Below, in pieces: positions 46,336-55,013 of a DNA stretch of 64,000 nt. The notes beneath the pieces were generated by a model. It was given only the letters and a program-made list of their open reading frames with translations. It did no database searches and was not told the origin of the DNA. Position numbers and translations under genes: made by a program. Where the stretch lies: NCBI GenBank assembly GCA_965223295.1, contig CBDCWC010000003.1, positions 1,440,001 to 1,504,000 on the forward strand, in the 5' to 3' direction. This DNA is from Nitrospirales bacterium. GTDB lineage: Bacteria > Nitrospirota > Nitrospiria > Nitrospirales > UBA8639. Position 1 is the stretch's first letter, and every line of letters starts with the position of its first letter.

Positions 46336-46538
46336 TGATTCGACCCCTTTTGAAAGACAAAAAATTGTTCTGATCTATTCAAGCTTGGACTATCATTGTC
46401 ACGGCTGTATGTCTCTGACAATCCGTCTTTCGAGTGAGGCTATGATTTCCGCAGGTGACCATCCCATTGGGCATTGGGATCTTTTGCTTTTTTGTTTTTC
46501 ATTGGTGTTGATCTTTCCCTAATCGTGACCATTCAATT

Positions 46539-47102
46539 ATGATTAACGGTATGAAGATTTATTTTGGTCTGCTCAATCATTGGTGGCGATCATGCAGTTT
46601 TTTATGCACGATAGCTTTTCTCGGGTTTGTTCTTGAGGAGACTGCTTTGGGAAAATCATACGAACAACAAGAAATCAGCACTTGGACATTCCTCGTGGCT
46701 ATGAATTCCACACCGTTTTCCTCAATGCAGTCCAGGCCAAAACTCCCTGTTGAGCCGGACGAATTCGATCCTCGGGAGATCAAAGCGTACTATGATTGGC
46801 GTAGTGATATGTTTTTTAGAGAGTTTGATTTAAACGGCTCAGGGTCAACCAATTTTATGACGGCCCGTCGCACGTACGAAGTGTGGATCGATGAATTTGG
46901 AACACCTGTTGTCATAACGATGGGTGACCCGGTGTTCTATTGGATAGATCTGAATGGGAACGGTAAGTTTGAACAGGAACAGGGAGAAATGTTTAAAGAT
47001 TCTTATGAAGACGGCGTGACGGGAAACGAAGAACCTTATGACAATAGTGATATTCAAGAGCCGGCCGGACCAGGCCCCCTTTGGACTCCACCTCAACGTT
47101 AA
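46539..47102 (+). CDS. Exported hypothetical protein with Ca-loop-like motifs
   Basis: Hydrophobic N-terminus; DLNGSG, DLNGNG, EDGVTGNE. Confidence 0.65.
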   Translation: MINGMKIYFGLLNHWWRSCSFLCTIAFLGFVLEETALGKSYEQQEISTWTFLVAMNSTPFSSMQSRPKLPVEPDEFDPREIKAYYDWRSDMFFREFDLNGSGSTNFMTARRTYEVWIDEFGTPVVITMGDPVFYWIDLNGNGKFEQEQGEMFKDSYEDGVTGNEEPYDNSDIQEPAGPGPLWTPPQR

Positions 47103-47210
47103 GATGCTAGGCAATCTTTCGAGAGCTGCCCATAAGTAAAATACGACTGACTCTAAAGAAAACCGTCTTCTCTGATGAGAAAACGGTTTACAAAACTTCC
47201 TGTTTTTCTT

Positions 47211-48014
47211 CTATTCAGAAAAAGTAATTTCAGTTTGTAATGTTTCATCAGGCCCGACCTGGACTTTCTGTTCTTGAATTCCAAGCGTAGGATGCCATAC
47301 ACGAAGAATATATTGTCCTGAGGGAATCTCTTCAATGGCAAATTGTCCATTAGAATCCGAAATAGCAAAATAAGGATTATTCACCACATACAGCCAATTC
47401 TGCATAAAATCATGCCGATTACAAATAACTCGCACCAGCCGACTTTCCTTGAGTTTTTCAGAATCAAACGTACGGTTGAAGGCCTTACCTGGTTGAATAT
47501 CTCGATTATGCAGAGTGCGTAAGACACTTCCTCTGCTGTCCATCGACACAAATGTATGAAGCACATGCTTAACCGAGTCCCCGTTACTAAACCGCACGGA
47601 CTCGTCAGCGGTGATCACTCCTGTCAGGGGCCCGAAATTGCAATTCTCCGTATTCACTTCTAATCCCAATATTTCTCCACCTCTATGCTTAAACGTTCCT
47701 CGTCCGGGCGCACTTCCGCGAAACATCTGCTCCGCGAAAGGCTTCCCAGACTTTATTCCCTCTAGAATGATCACAGCCCCTTTGAGCAAGCCATTCTCGG
47801 TCTCAACCTTTACCAAACTTCTTTGCTGACCACAGACCTCTGGATTCTTTTCCACCTCAATCTGTAAGGGACTTGGAGGATTTCCTAAAAACATAACCTT
47901 GCCACTTATTGTCGCCCCTTCTTTCACTTCCATGACTTCATAGGCTTGAGTCATGGTAGGCCAGTTCATGAAAACAATGGTGGCAATGAGTAAGTATTTT
48001 AAAGTGTTATTCAT
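47211..48014 (-). CDS. Exported cupredoxin-like / carboxypeptidase-regulatory-like domain protein
   Basis: Signal peptide, HVLH, CNRHDFM, NPYFAISD..G.F.I..IPSGQY.LRVWH. Confidence 0.78.
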   Translation of the reverse strand: MNNTLKYLLIATIVFMNWPTMTQAYEVMEVKEGATISGKVMFLGNPPSPLQIEVEKNPEVCGQQRSLVKVETENGLLKGAVIILEGIKSGKPFAEQMFRGSAPGRGTFKHRGGEILGLEVNTENCNFGPLTGVITADESVRFSNGDSVKHVLHTFVSMDSRGSVLRTLHNRDIQPGKAFNRTFDSEKLKESRLVRVICNRHDFMQNWLYVVNNPYFAISDSNGQFAIEEIPSGQYILRVWHPTLGIQEQKVQVGPDETLQTEITFSE

Positions 48015-48052
48015 AGGAGTCGTCCTCCATCCATCCTCAGCCAGAGATTCCC

Positions 48053-49210
48053 TTAGTTGATGATCTGCCAGCCGACAAAAAAGGTATAGTCGGATTCTAA
48101 CTGTGGGCCATCAAGTTTTTGATAAATAGGTACACCAAATTCAAAACCCAAGTGGTTTTCATAACCCAGTACTTCAGGGAAAAGAACATTGAACCCACCA
48201 AAAATATCTAGTCGTTCTCCGGCTCGACGATTGGGGTCAGCCGTATGGACGATTCGAACACCTGCGGGATTTCTTTGTGCAATATTGGGATCTTCTCCTT
48301 CATAATTCGACCAATCTTTCCATTTGAAGCGAAACGACGTACTGAGCCATTCAATCCATCGATAGGCTCCCCAGGCGTTTATCTCATACTCGTCTCCCAT
48401 TGCATAGCCTTGATTGTTGTCCCCGAGGCGGATAGTGCCAATAGCCTGCAATCCCCAACTGGCATTATTCAAATTACCGCCATAGGTTAACCCGGGAAAT
48501 AAGTCCACGGTTCCGGACCCTAACTGCATGGGATAAGGAAGCCGGACCACACCTAACGGCGTGGCGCCTTGAGCTTTGATGTCTCCCGTAGGCAATCCGA
48601 CTGCGGCATTTAAATGAAAGCGATGCGATCCAATACTTGGGGTTTCAAATGCATAGAGGCGAATGAGTGAGCCTAACCGAATATCTCCAAACCCACTTGA
48701 TTTGGTCGTGAATTTCCCACCTGCTCTCGTGACATGGTCCATAGATTTGAGGACATAGGGAATCATGGCCGTGAGTGTTACGGTTTGATTCAAGCCATAC
48801 ATAAATCCAAACATATGCATTTGGGTCGTCATTTCGGTTGGTGTGACAATAAAATCGTCCAAGACATCCGATTTTGATAGATTTTTGGTCCCGTCACGAT
48901 TGCCTTCCATGAACATGCGCATGAATCTGTAGGAGAACATGAATTCCCCTTCATTATGCGTATGATCACCCATAGCTCCAATTGGGCCATGAGAGTCAGG
49001 ACGTTCAGCCGGATAAAAATTCCCAATAACCAGCTGTTCCCCTTTGGCCTGAGCCCGTTTTCCCATACTTTCCTCAAAGCCACCCATGACTTCATCAAGC
49101 AGCGCAGCCTCCACGACTGTTCCACTGCCTCCCATAACCAATGTCCCGACTAAGAAGCCAAAACCAACTGTTCGAATACCAGATAATAATTTAGAAGTTC
49201 TGAAATCCAT
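48053..49210 (-). CDS. Outer-membrane beta-barrel transporter, His/Met-rich
   Basis: RPDSHGPIGAMGDHTH, GFGDI, LPTG, YPMQLGSGT, C-terminal aromatic strand. Confidence 0.8.
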   Translation of the reverse strand: MDFRTSKLLSGIRTVGFGFLVGTLVMGGSGTVVEAALLDEVMGGFEESMGKRAQAKGEQLVIGNFYPAERPDSHGPIGAMGDHTHNEGEFMFSYRFMRMFMEGNRDGTKNLSKSDVLDDFIVTPTEMTTQMHMFGFMYGLNQTVTLTAMIPYVLKSMDHVTRAGGKFTTKSSGFGDIRLGSLIRLYAFETPSIGSHRFHLNAAVGLPTGDIKAQGATPLGVVRLPYPMQLGSGTVDLFPGLTYGGNLNNASWGLQAIGTIRLGDNNQGYAMGDEYEINAWGAYRWIEWLSTSFRFKWKDWSNYEGEDPNIAQRNPAGVRIVHTADPNRRAGERLDIFGGFNVLFPEVLGYENHLGFEFGVPIYQKLDGPQLESDYTFFVGWQIIN

Positions 49211-49393
49211 CCTACAACTTCTCCTTACCTAATAAATAAAGCCAATAAAAATACTCAAATCTATAGCAACTGATACTACCGACAGATCCAGTCTTTCTCG
49301 CATACATAAAAAATTGCTTCGACACCAAGCAACATGTGGCGACGAAGAAAACGCTGAATTCAGACTTGTGAGAGAAAAAGGGAATGCTTGGGA

Positions 49394-49696
49394 CTAGACA
49401 GATGGGGGCGCACGAGAAGAGGAGTGGATAACGATTGAGGATGTATGGGCTACAGGCTCCTCAATTTGCATCCCAAGAAACGAGACGATTGGAGAAGCCA
49501 CAACGACCAGTTCCGCACTATGAACTTGACCGGCTGCGCAATACCAGCTACACAGTGTCGTCGCATGGGTGGCAGAGGTATGATGATGTGTATGTTGAGA
49601 GATATGCCCAACAGTTTGCGCAGACAGAATGCCCCCAACCACGAGAAGCAGGGCAACGAAACTGAGGACAAGAAATGGAGATCGTAAGTTTCGCAT
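49394..49696 (-). CDS. DUF2946-like small metal-binding membrane protein
   Basis: TM segment, HTHHH, CSWYC, terminal RAPP. Confidence 0.8.
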   Translation of the reverse strand: MRNLRSPFLVLSFVALLLVVGGILSAQTVGHISQHTHHHTSATHATTLCSWYCAAGQVHSAELVVVASPIVSFLGMQIEEPVAHTSSIVIHSSSRAPPSV

Positions 49697-50089
49697 AACA
49701 GGTCGAAAATTTAGGGAAGATATATTAGTGCATCACTGTACTCATTTCAAGCTTTAGTCTTATCCTACCATTCTACGCAGAACCTATGGAACAATTCTCC
49801 CTTCTATGTCCCCACTATCAAATGTGAAGGCAATAGCTTTAGAATAAGGACACAAGATCTAAAAGAAACTTATTCATCATGACGCAAGCTGATCTACCCC
49901 AAAGATCCGATGAAACACCAAGGCTGGCTAAGCCGCGTATTCAGACGCAGATTCACCGTCGGCAAAAGGCAAAAGCCGTCCCGCCAATGGCCGATGAATG
50001 GGATGACCAATCGAAAGTCCCTCCCAAACTTCGCACTCTCTCCTCAAAAATGAAAAAGTCTTGAATGATCCTCCAGCTGGCTTGGACAC

Positions 50090-50123
50090 AAAAAAACCCG
50101 TGAGGGTCAAGTCCCCACGGGTT
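50090..50123 (-). terminator. Intrinsic terminator of the Gly/Arg-rich gene
   Basis: Minus strand AACCCGTG-GGGACTTGACCCT-CACGGGTT followed by a T-run. Confidence 0.75.
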
Positions 50124-50171
50124 AAAGAAATGCTACGAGAGTCTCCGAGACGAAGAAGACCCTTAGACCTG

Positions 50172-50639
50172 TTATCGGCGACTGCCTCCACGATGGCTAC
50201 GACCTCCTCGACCCTCTATTCTTCCTCGGAAATTTCCTCTACCTCGATCGTTTTTCCATCTATGGCCACGGTTAAACCGTCGTGGGGGAGCAAAATGGCG
50301 ACGATGTCCATAATATCTTGGGGGTTTCCTAAAGTGTCGAGGCCCATGCCGACCATAATATCTAGGTGGATATCCATAGACAGGGCCATAGCTGTAGTAT
50401 GGAACCCCAAGACCTAACCGGAAGCCTCCAGGACCTATGTGAATCGACAGGCCAGTGAAATGAATGGATCCTGACGAGACTTTGGCATGAGGCACTCTCT
50501 CAGCCCAAGCCGGAGAAAACGCCAAAAAAGAAAGAGCCAGCATACTTGCAGCCAGAACCATCTTTCTCCCTTCTAAAAAAGGATATTTGGTTGAGTGATA
50601 TTTTTTCCCATTCTGTGAGGTCAATTTCATAATGTTCAT
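50172..50639 (-). CDS. Exported Gly/Arg/His/Tyr-rich low-complexity protein
   Basis: AGGAG SD before ATG 50639; signal ending AWA; repeated PPRYYG; RG-rich tail. Confidence 0.7.
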   Translation of the reverse strand: MNIMKLTSQNGKKYHSTKYPFLEGRKMVLAASMLALSFLAFSPAWAERVPHAKVSSGSIHFTGLSIHIGPGGFRLGLGVPYYSYGPVYGYPPRYYGRHGPRHFRKPPRYYGHRRHFAPPRRFNRGHRWKNDRGRGNFRGRIEGRGGRSHRGGSRR

Positions 50640-50916
50640 GGGGTATCTCCTACAAATAAAAAAAAATGAATATGTTCCCCTGAGATTTCGTTCTCCATCA
50701 TTTCTGACTAGAAAGAGCCAACGATCTATCATAATAACACTTATCATTATAATAGTCAATATGACTATTAAAACAAGTTCTTAATGTTATCCAAAAAGAT
50801 TTCTAATTCAATAGAAACAATGCATTGCATTAGAATTAACTAAGTAGTAAGCTTTATGCGAATCAAGCGTGTAAACCTTGAGTTAAACAGCACAATCAAT
50901 AGAAAAAAGGACATGT

Positions 50917-51291
50917 ATGAAACATTTTTCTGACAAGGAAGTCGGGCGTTATATCGAGGCTATCAATAAAGAAGCGGCCCAAGTGTGGATTAATGCCTTT
51001 GCCAGGGAGCCCAAACTGCAACAAAGTTACTATTGGACGTTGTTTTCAGAATTGTTCTTAAAACAGCTCAATAACATTCCAGTCAGTATGAGCGACGCAG
51101 AAAAAATGATCCCTCAACTGTCCGCCTCTCAGGCAAGACGGGCGATTCACAATGCTAAAGCCTCGAAATACCTGGAAATTTCAGCCACCGGTGAGCGTAC
51201 AAAATATGTCCGGCTGTCTCCCAAAACAGAAGAGCTCATCCGAATGACGAGTTCCAAAGCCCTCCAAAGTTTGAACGGGATCTTCGGGTAG
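50917..51291 (+). CDS. Winged-helix (MarR-like) DNA-binding protein
   Basis: LSASQARRAIHNA helix, then YLEI...ERTKYVRLS wing. Confidence 0.65.
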   Translation: MKHFSDKEVGRYIEAINKEAAQVWINAFAREPKLQQSYYWTLFSELFLKQLNNIPVSMSDAEKMIPQLSASQARRAIHNAKASKYLEISATGERTKYVRLSPKTEELIRMTSSKALQSLNGIFG

Positions 51292-51607
51292 AAATATCGT
51301 GGTTATGCTTTTTTAAGGCATGGGGTCCAAGAAAACCGGTTCTCTAGGGCTCTTCTGTACAAGTGGATACACACAAGATAACTTCCAAAACACTTACTGC
51401 CAGAAGGGCCATACCCTGAATCACTCCCTAACCACTCTCTAGCAATTCTCTTGTATTTCCACATTTTTCAGCTTGACTAGACCCAGAGGTGTTTAGGTCT
51501 TTTGTTGCATTGATTCACAAAAAATTTGGGTGCTACTATGCTCGGTCCTAGTGTCTCTAGCACAACTTTGGTGCGGAACGTTCAATTTTGTTTTGGAGGG
51601 TCACCAG

Positions 51608-51991
51608 GTGTCCGGGTCGGACCTTCTTCTTGACTACTTAACAAAGTTCTTTCCCATTGTACTCTTCATGATCCTGGCATTGGGATTTGGACTGGTGACG
51701 CTCGTCCTCTCTTACCTAGCGCAACCCAAGTATCCCGAAGAAGAAAAGCTTTCAACATATGAATGCGGATCGGAACCCTTTTCGGATTCTCGAATGCCCT
51801 TTCCAGTACGGTATTATGTGATCGCGATGCTGTTTGTGATTTTTGATATCGAAGTCATCTTCCTCTATCCTTGGGCCATTACATTCAAGGATTTGGGAGT
51901 CATCGGATTTATCGAAATGATGATTTTTATTGGGCTGTTTGTCGTGGCCTATGTCTATGCCTGGCGGAAAGGGGCCCTGGAATGGGATTAG
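51608..51991 (+). CDS. nuoA: NADH-quinone oxidoreductase subunit A
   Basis: [37 protein letters not shown] before GTG 51608. Confidence 0.95.
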   Translation: MSGSDLLLDYLTKFFPIVLFMILALGFGLVTLVLSYLAQPKYPEEEKLSTYECGSEPFSDSRMPFPVRYYVIAMLFVIFDIEVIFLYPWAITFKDLGVIGFIEMMIFIGLFVVAYVYAWRKGALEWD

Positions 51992-52497
51992 TTCAAATTG
52001 GGCCTCCAACCAAAGATGGAGACTTGGGCGTCATGACGCTCTCGCTGGAAAAAGCTGTCAATTGGGCGCGGAAAGGCTCATTGTGGCCCATGACCTTCGG
52101 TTTAGCCTGTTGCGCGATTGAAATGATTGCAGCGGTCTCGTCCCGCTATGACATCGATCGGTATGGCGCGGGGGTGTTTCGCGCATCCCCTCGCCAATCT
52201 GATCTGATGATTGTGGCCGGAACTGTCTGTCGGCGCATGGCTCCCGTTATTCGTAAAATATACGATCAAATGCCCGAACCCAAATATGTGATTTCCATGG
52301 GGTCCTGCGCGACTTCTGGGAATATTTATGACAGCTATAGCGTCGTCCAGGGCGTCGACCGGTTTGTTCCAGTAGACATTTACGTCCCTGGTTGTCCTCC
52401 AACTCCAGAAGCATTATTTGATGGAATCTTCAAACTGCAAGATCGGATCATGGAAAAACGCGTGTTCACGAAACAACCCGACCAGGTGAAAGTGTAA
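51982..52497 (+). CDS. nuoB: NADH-quinone oxidoreductase subunit B
   Basis: [24 protein letters not shown] 51982 overlaps the nuoA end. Confidence 0.96.
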   Translation: MGLVQIGPPTKDGDLGVMTLSLEKAVNWARKGSLWPMTFGLACCAIEMIAAVSSRYDIDRYGAGVFRASPRQSDLMIVAGTVCRRMAPVIRKIYDQMPEPKYVISMGSCATSGNIYDSYSVVQGVDRFVPVDIYVPGCPPTPEALFDGIFKLQDRIMEKRVFTKQPDQVKV

Positions 52498-52535
52498 GCA
52501 TGAGAAGAGCCACATCATTAACGAGGAGGCTCACC

Positions 52536-53066
52536 ATGAGTTCCTTTCTGACATTGGTTTTATCGTGTCTCGTTTTCATATTCCCGACAGTTACTTTTGC
52601 AGAAAAATCACAGGAAATGCCCCCGCCTTATGAAGGCAGTGATGCTCTCAAAGCCATAAAATCGTTAGCGGGAACCTGGGAAGGTACACATGTGATGCAC
52701 GGAAAAGAGGTCCCTGGAAAAATTGAATATAAAGTGTCCTCAAATGGGAGTACTGTTGTAGAAACCATGTTTCCTGGCAGTCCACATGAGATGGTGAACG
52801 TCTACCACGACAAAAGCGGAACGCTGGCGATGACGCATTATTGTTCCGTTGGCAATCAACCTCACTTGGATCTCACGGCCATGAAAGAGAATCGCCTTTC
52901 GTTTTCACTCTCATCGAAGGACAACGAGGATCTTGGGAATGAGGGGCATATGCATGACCTCACAATCACCATGATTGATGGCAATCATATCAAGCAGGAA
53001 TGGTCTTATTTTGAGAAGGGTGGAAATGCTGGAGGCACCACCTTTACATTGGCGCGTACGAATTAG
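52536..53066 (+). CDS. Secreted beta-barrel-like hypothetical protein inside the nuo operon
   Basis: GAGGAGG SD, signal ending TFA, LAGTWEG, HEM...YH, THYC..GNQP, HMH. Confidence 0.85.
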   Translation: MSSFLTLVLSCLVFIFPTVTFAEKSQEMPPPYEGSDALKAIKSLAGTWEGTHVMHGKEVPGKIEYKVSSNGSTVVETMFPGSPHEMVNVYHDKSGTLAMTHYCSVGNQPHLDLTAMKENRLSFSLSSKDNEDLGNEGHMHDLTITMIDGNHIKQEWSYFEKGGNAGGTTFTLARTN

Positions 53067-53609
53067 ATGGCGGCAGTATTAGGAATTGTGCCACTCTCCA
53101 TGGATTCAACAGATATGCATCCTATTGCTGAAAAAATTCAAAGCCGATTTCCCGAAGGGTTTCTTAGTTCCCAAGAATGGCGTGGCGACCTAGCGGTTTC
53201 CGTCAAGCGGGAAGCCTTGCATGATGTCTGTTCCTATATTCGCAAAGACCCGGAATTGGATTGTGATTATATGGTGCATGTGAGTTCCGTGGACTGGCTT
53301 GATGAAGCCGAACGATTTGAAGTGGTCTACGAAGTCTATTCAATACGAAAGCGTCATCGTATCCGCATCAAAACTCGCGTCCCTGAACATGATTGCCAGG
53401 TAGATTCGATGGTGGATCTATGGATGGGCGCAGAATATATGGAGCGGGAAGTGTTCGATATGATGGGGATTCGATTCAATCATCATCCCGACCTCCGTCG
53501 TATTCTCATGCCTGATGATTACAACGAAGGCTATCCTCTGCGAAAAGATTTTCCAGTTCAGGGCAAGGGCTGGCGTGATACCTTTGATTTTCTCAACGAC
53601 CCGAATTAG
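53067..53609 (+). CDS. nuoC: NADH-quinone oxidoreductase subunit C (start may be ATG 53115)
   Basis: EREVFDMMGIRF..HPDLRRILM, YPLRKDFP. Confidence 0.95.
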   Translation: MAAVLGIVPLSMDSTDMHPIAEKIQSRFPEGFLSSQEWRGDLAVSVKREALHDVCSYIRKDPELDCDYMVHVSSVDWLDEAERFEVVYEVYSIRKRHRIRIKTRVPEHDCQVDSMVDLWMGAEYMEREVFDMMGIRFNHHPDLRRILMPDDYNEGYPLRKDFPVQGKGWRDTFDFLNDPN

Positions 53610-53629
53610 TTATTCATTTTTTAACGATC

Positions 53630-54874
53630 ATGAAACTCGACGATCAACGCACGACTATCTATAAAGTCGATCCCAATCATCCGGAGACCGCTGATCTCCC
53701 AACGCTTCGGACGGAAGAGCTGCTTCTAAACATGGGGCCTCAACACCCCGCCACACATGGGGTGTTAAAGGTCATCATGGAACTGGAAGGCGAACGATTG
53801 GTTAAGTCTACACCGGTTTTAGGCTATCTACATCGCGGTGTCGAAAAACTGGCTGAAGGCGGCACTTACCATCAGTTTATCCCACATACTGATCGGTTAG
53901 ATTACGTCTGCGCGATGTATAACAACTTTGCCTATTGTCGGGCTGTTGAAAAACTCATGAATATCGAGATCCCTGAACGGGCTGAATATCTCCGCACCAT
54001 TGTGGCTGAGGTCCAGCGGATTATTGGCCATCTGTTTTGGCTAGGCACGCAGGCGTTAGACATTGGCGCCATGACCGTTTTCTTTTATACCTTTAGAGAC
54101 CGGGAAATTTTGCTGGATTGGTTTGATGAGCTTTGTGGCGCGCGCCTCACCACAAGTTGGTATCGCATAGGGGGTGTGGAGCGGGATTTTGATGATTCTC
54201 TCATAGACAAAGTCAAAAGGTTTTTAGAATACTTTCCTCCTAAAATTGACGAATATGTCGTGTTTCTGGAAAAGAATCGTGTCTGGCTTGCACGGACCTG
54301 CGGCGTGGCCGTGATTTCAGCCGAAGACGCTTTAAGCTTTGGATTAAGCGGGCCCACATTGCGTGGTTCCGGCGTCGATTATGATCTGCGGAAATACGAA
54401 CCGTATAGCGCATACCCATGGTGCGAATTCAGTGTTCCCGTTGGGAAAAACGGCGATACCTATGATCGGTATTGGATCCGCATTGAAGAGTTTCGGGAAA
54501 GCATTAAGATCATCAAGCAATGCCTGGAGCAAATACAACCTGGACCCATTATGGCAGATGTGCCTAGCGTCACGTTGCCACCGAAAGATCGCGTCTTCAC
54601 CAATCTGGAATCGATGATTCAACAGTTTAAATTATTTTCCCAAGGCTTTGATGCTCCTGCTGGAGAAATCTATTGCGGGACTGAAGCCCATAAAGGCGAG
54701 CTGGGATTCTATATTGTGAGCACCGGAGGCGGGAATCCGTATCGTCTCAAGATACGGTCCCCATCCTTTATCCACATGGGTGCCTTTGATCACATGTCGA
54801 AAGGCTATATGATCGCCGATGCCGTCACCATTTTTGGGTCGTACGATATTGTCATGGGAGAATGCGATCGCTAA
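53630..54874 (+). CDS. nuoD: NADH-quinone oxidoreductase subunit D
   Basis: NMGPQHPATHGVL, GYLHRGVEK, DIVMGECDR. Confidence 0.96.
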   Translation: MKLDDQRTTIYKVDPNHPETADLPTLRTEELLLNMGPQHPATHGVLKVIMELEGERLVKSTPVLGYLHRGVEKLAEGGTYHQFIPHTDRLDYVCAMYNNFAYCRAVEKLMNIEIPERAEYLRTIVAEVQRIIGHLFWLGTQALDIGAMTVFFYTFRDREILLDWFDELCGARLTTSWYRIGGVERDFDDSLIDKVKRFLEYFPPKIDEYVVFLEKNRVWLARTCGVAVISAEDALSFGLSGPTLRGSGVDYDLRKYEPYSAYPWCEFSVPVGKNGDTYDRYWIRIEEFRESIKIIKQCLEQIQPGPIMADVPSVTLPPKDRVFTNLESMIQQFKLFSQGFDAPAGEIYCGTEAHKGELGFYIVSTGGGNPYRLKIRSPSFIHMGAFDHMSKGYMIADAVTIFGSYDIVMGECDR

Positions 54875-55013
54875 GTTCTTTCCTTCCCTTTGTAAGGGGC
54901 CTGGTTCCGAAGAAGAACCAAGTAATATCGGCGAGGTAGAAATAGCAAGTACTTAGTCCTTTGAAGTAGGAATATATTTCATACAGCATTGTACATACGG
55001 GAATAGAATAGAC

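Noticed and set aside
49879-50064. 61-aa basic ORF
   Set aside because: No clear SD or motif; could be real but is unsupported.
51503-51520. Rex-like operator upstream of nuoA
   Set aside because: Only one half-site (TTCACAA) matches; the other is 4/7.
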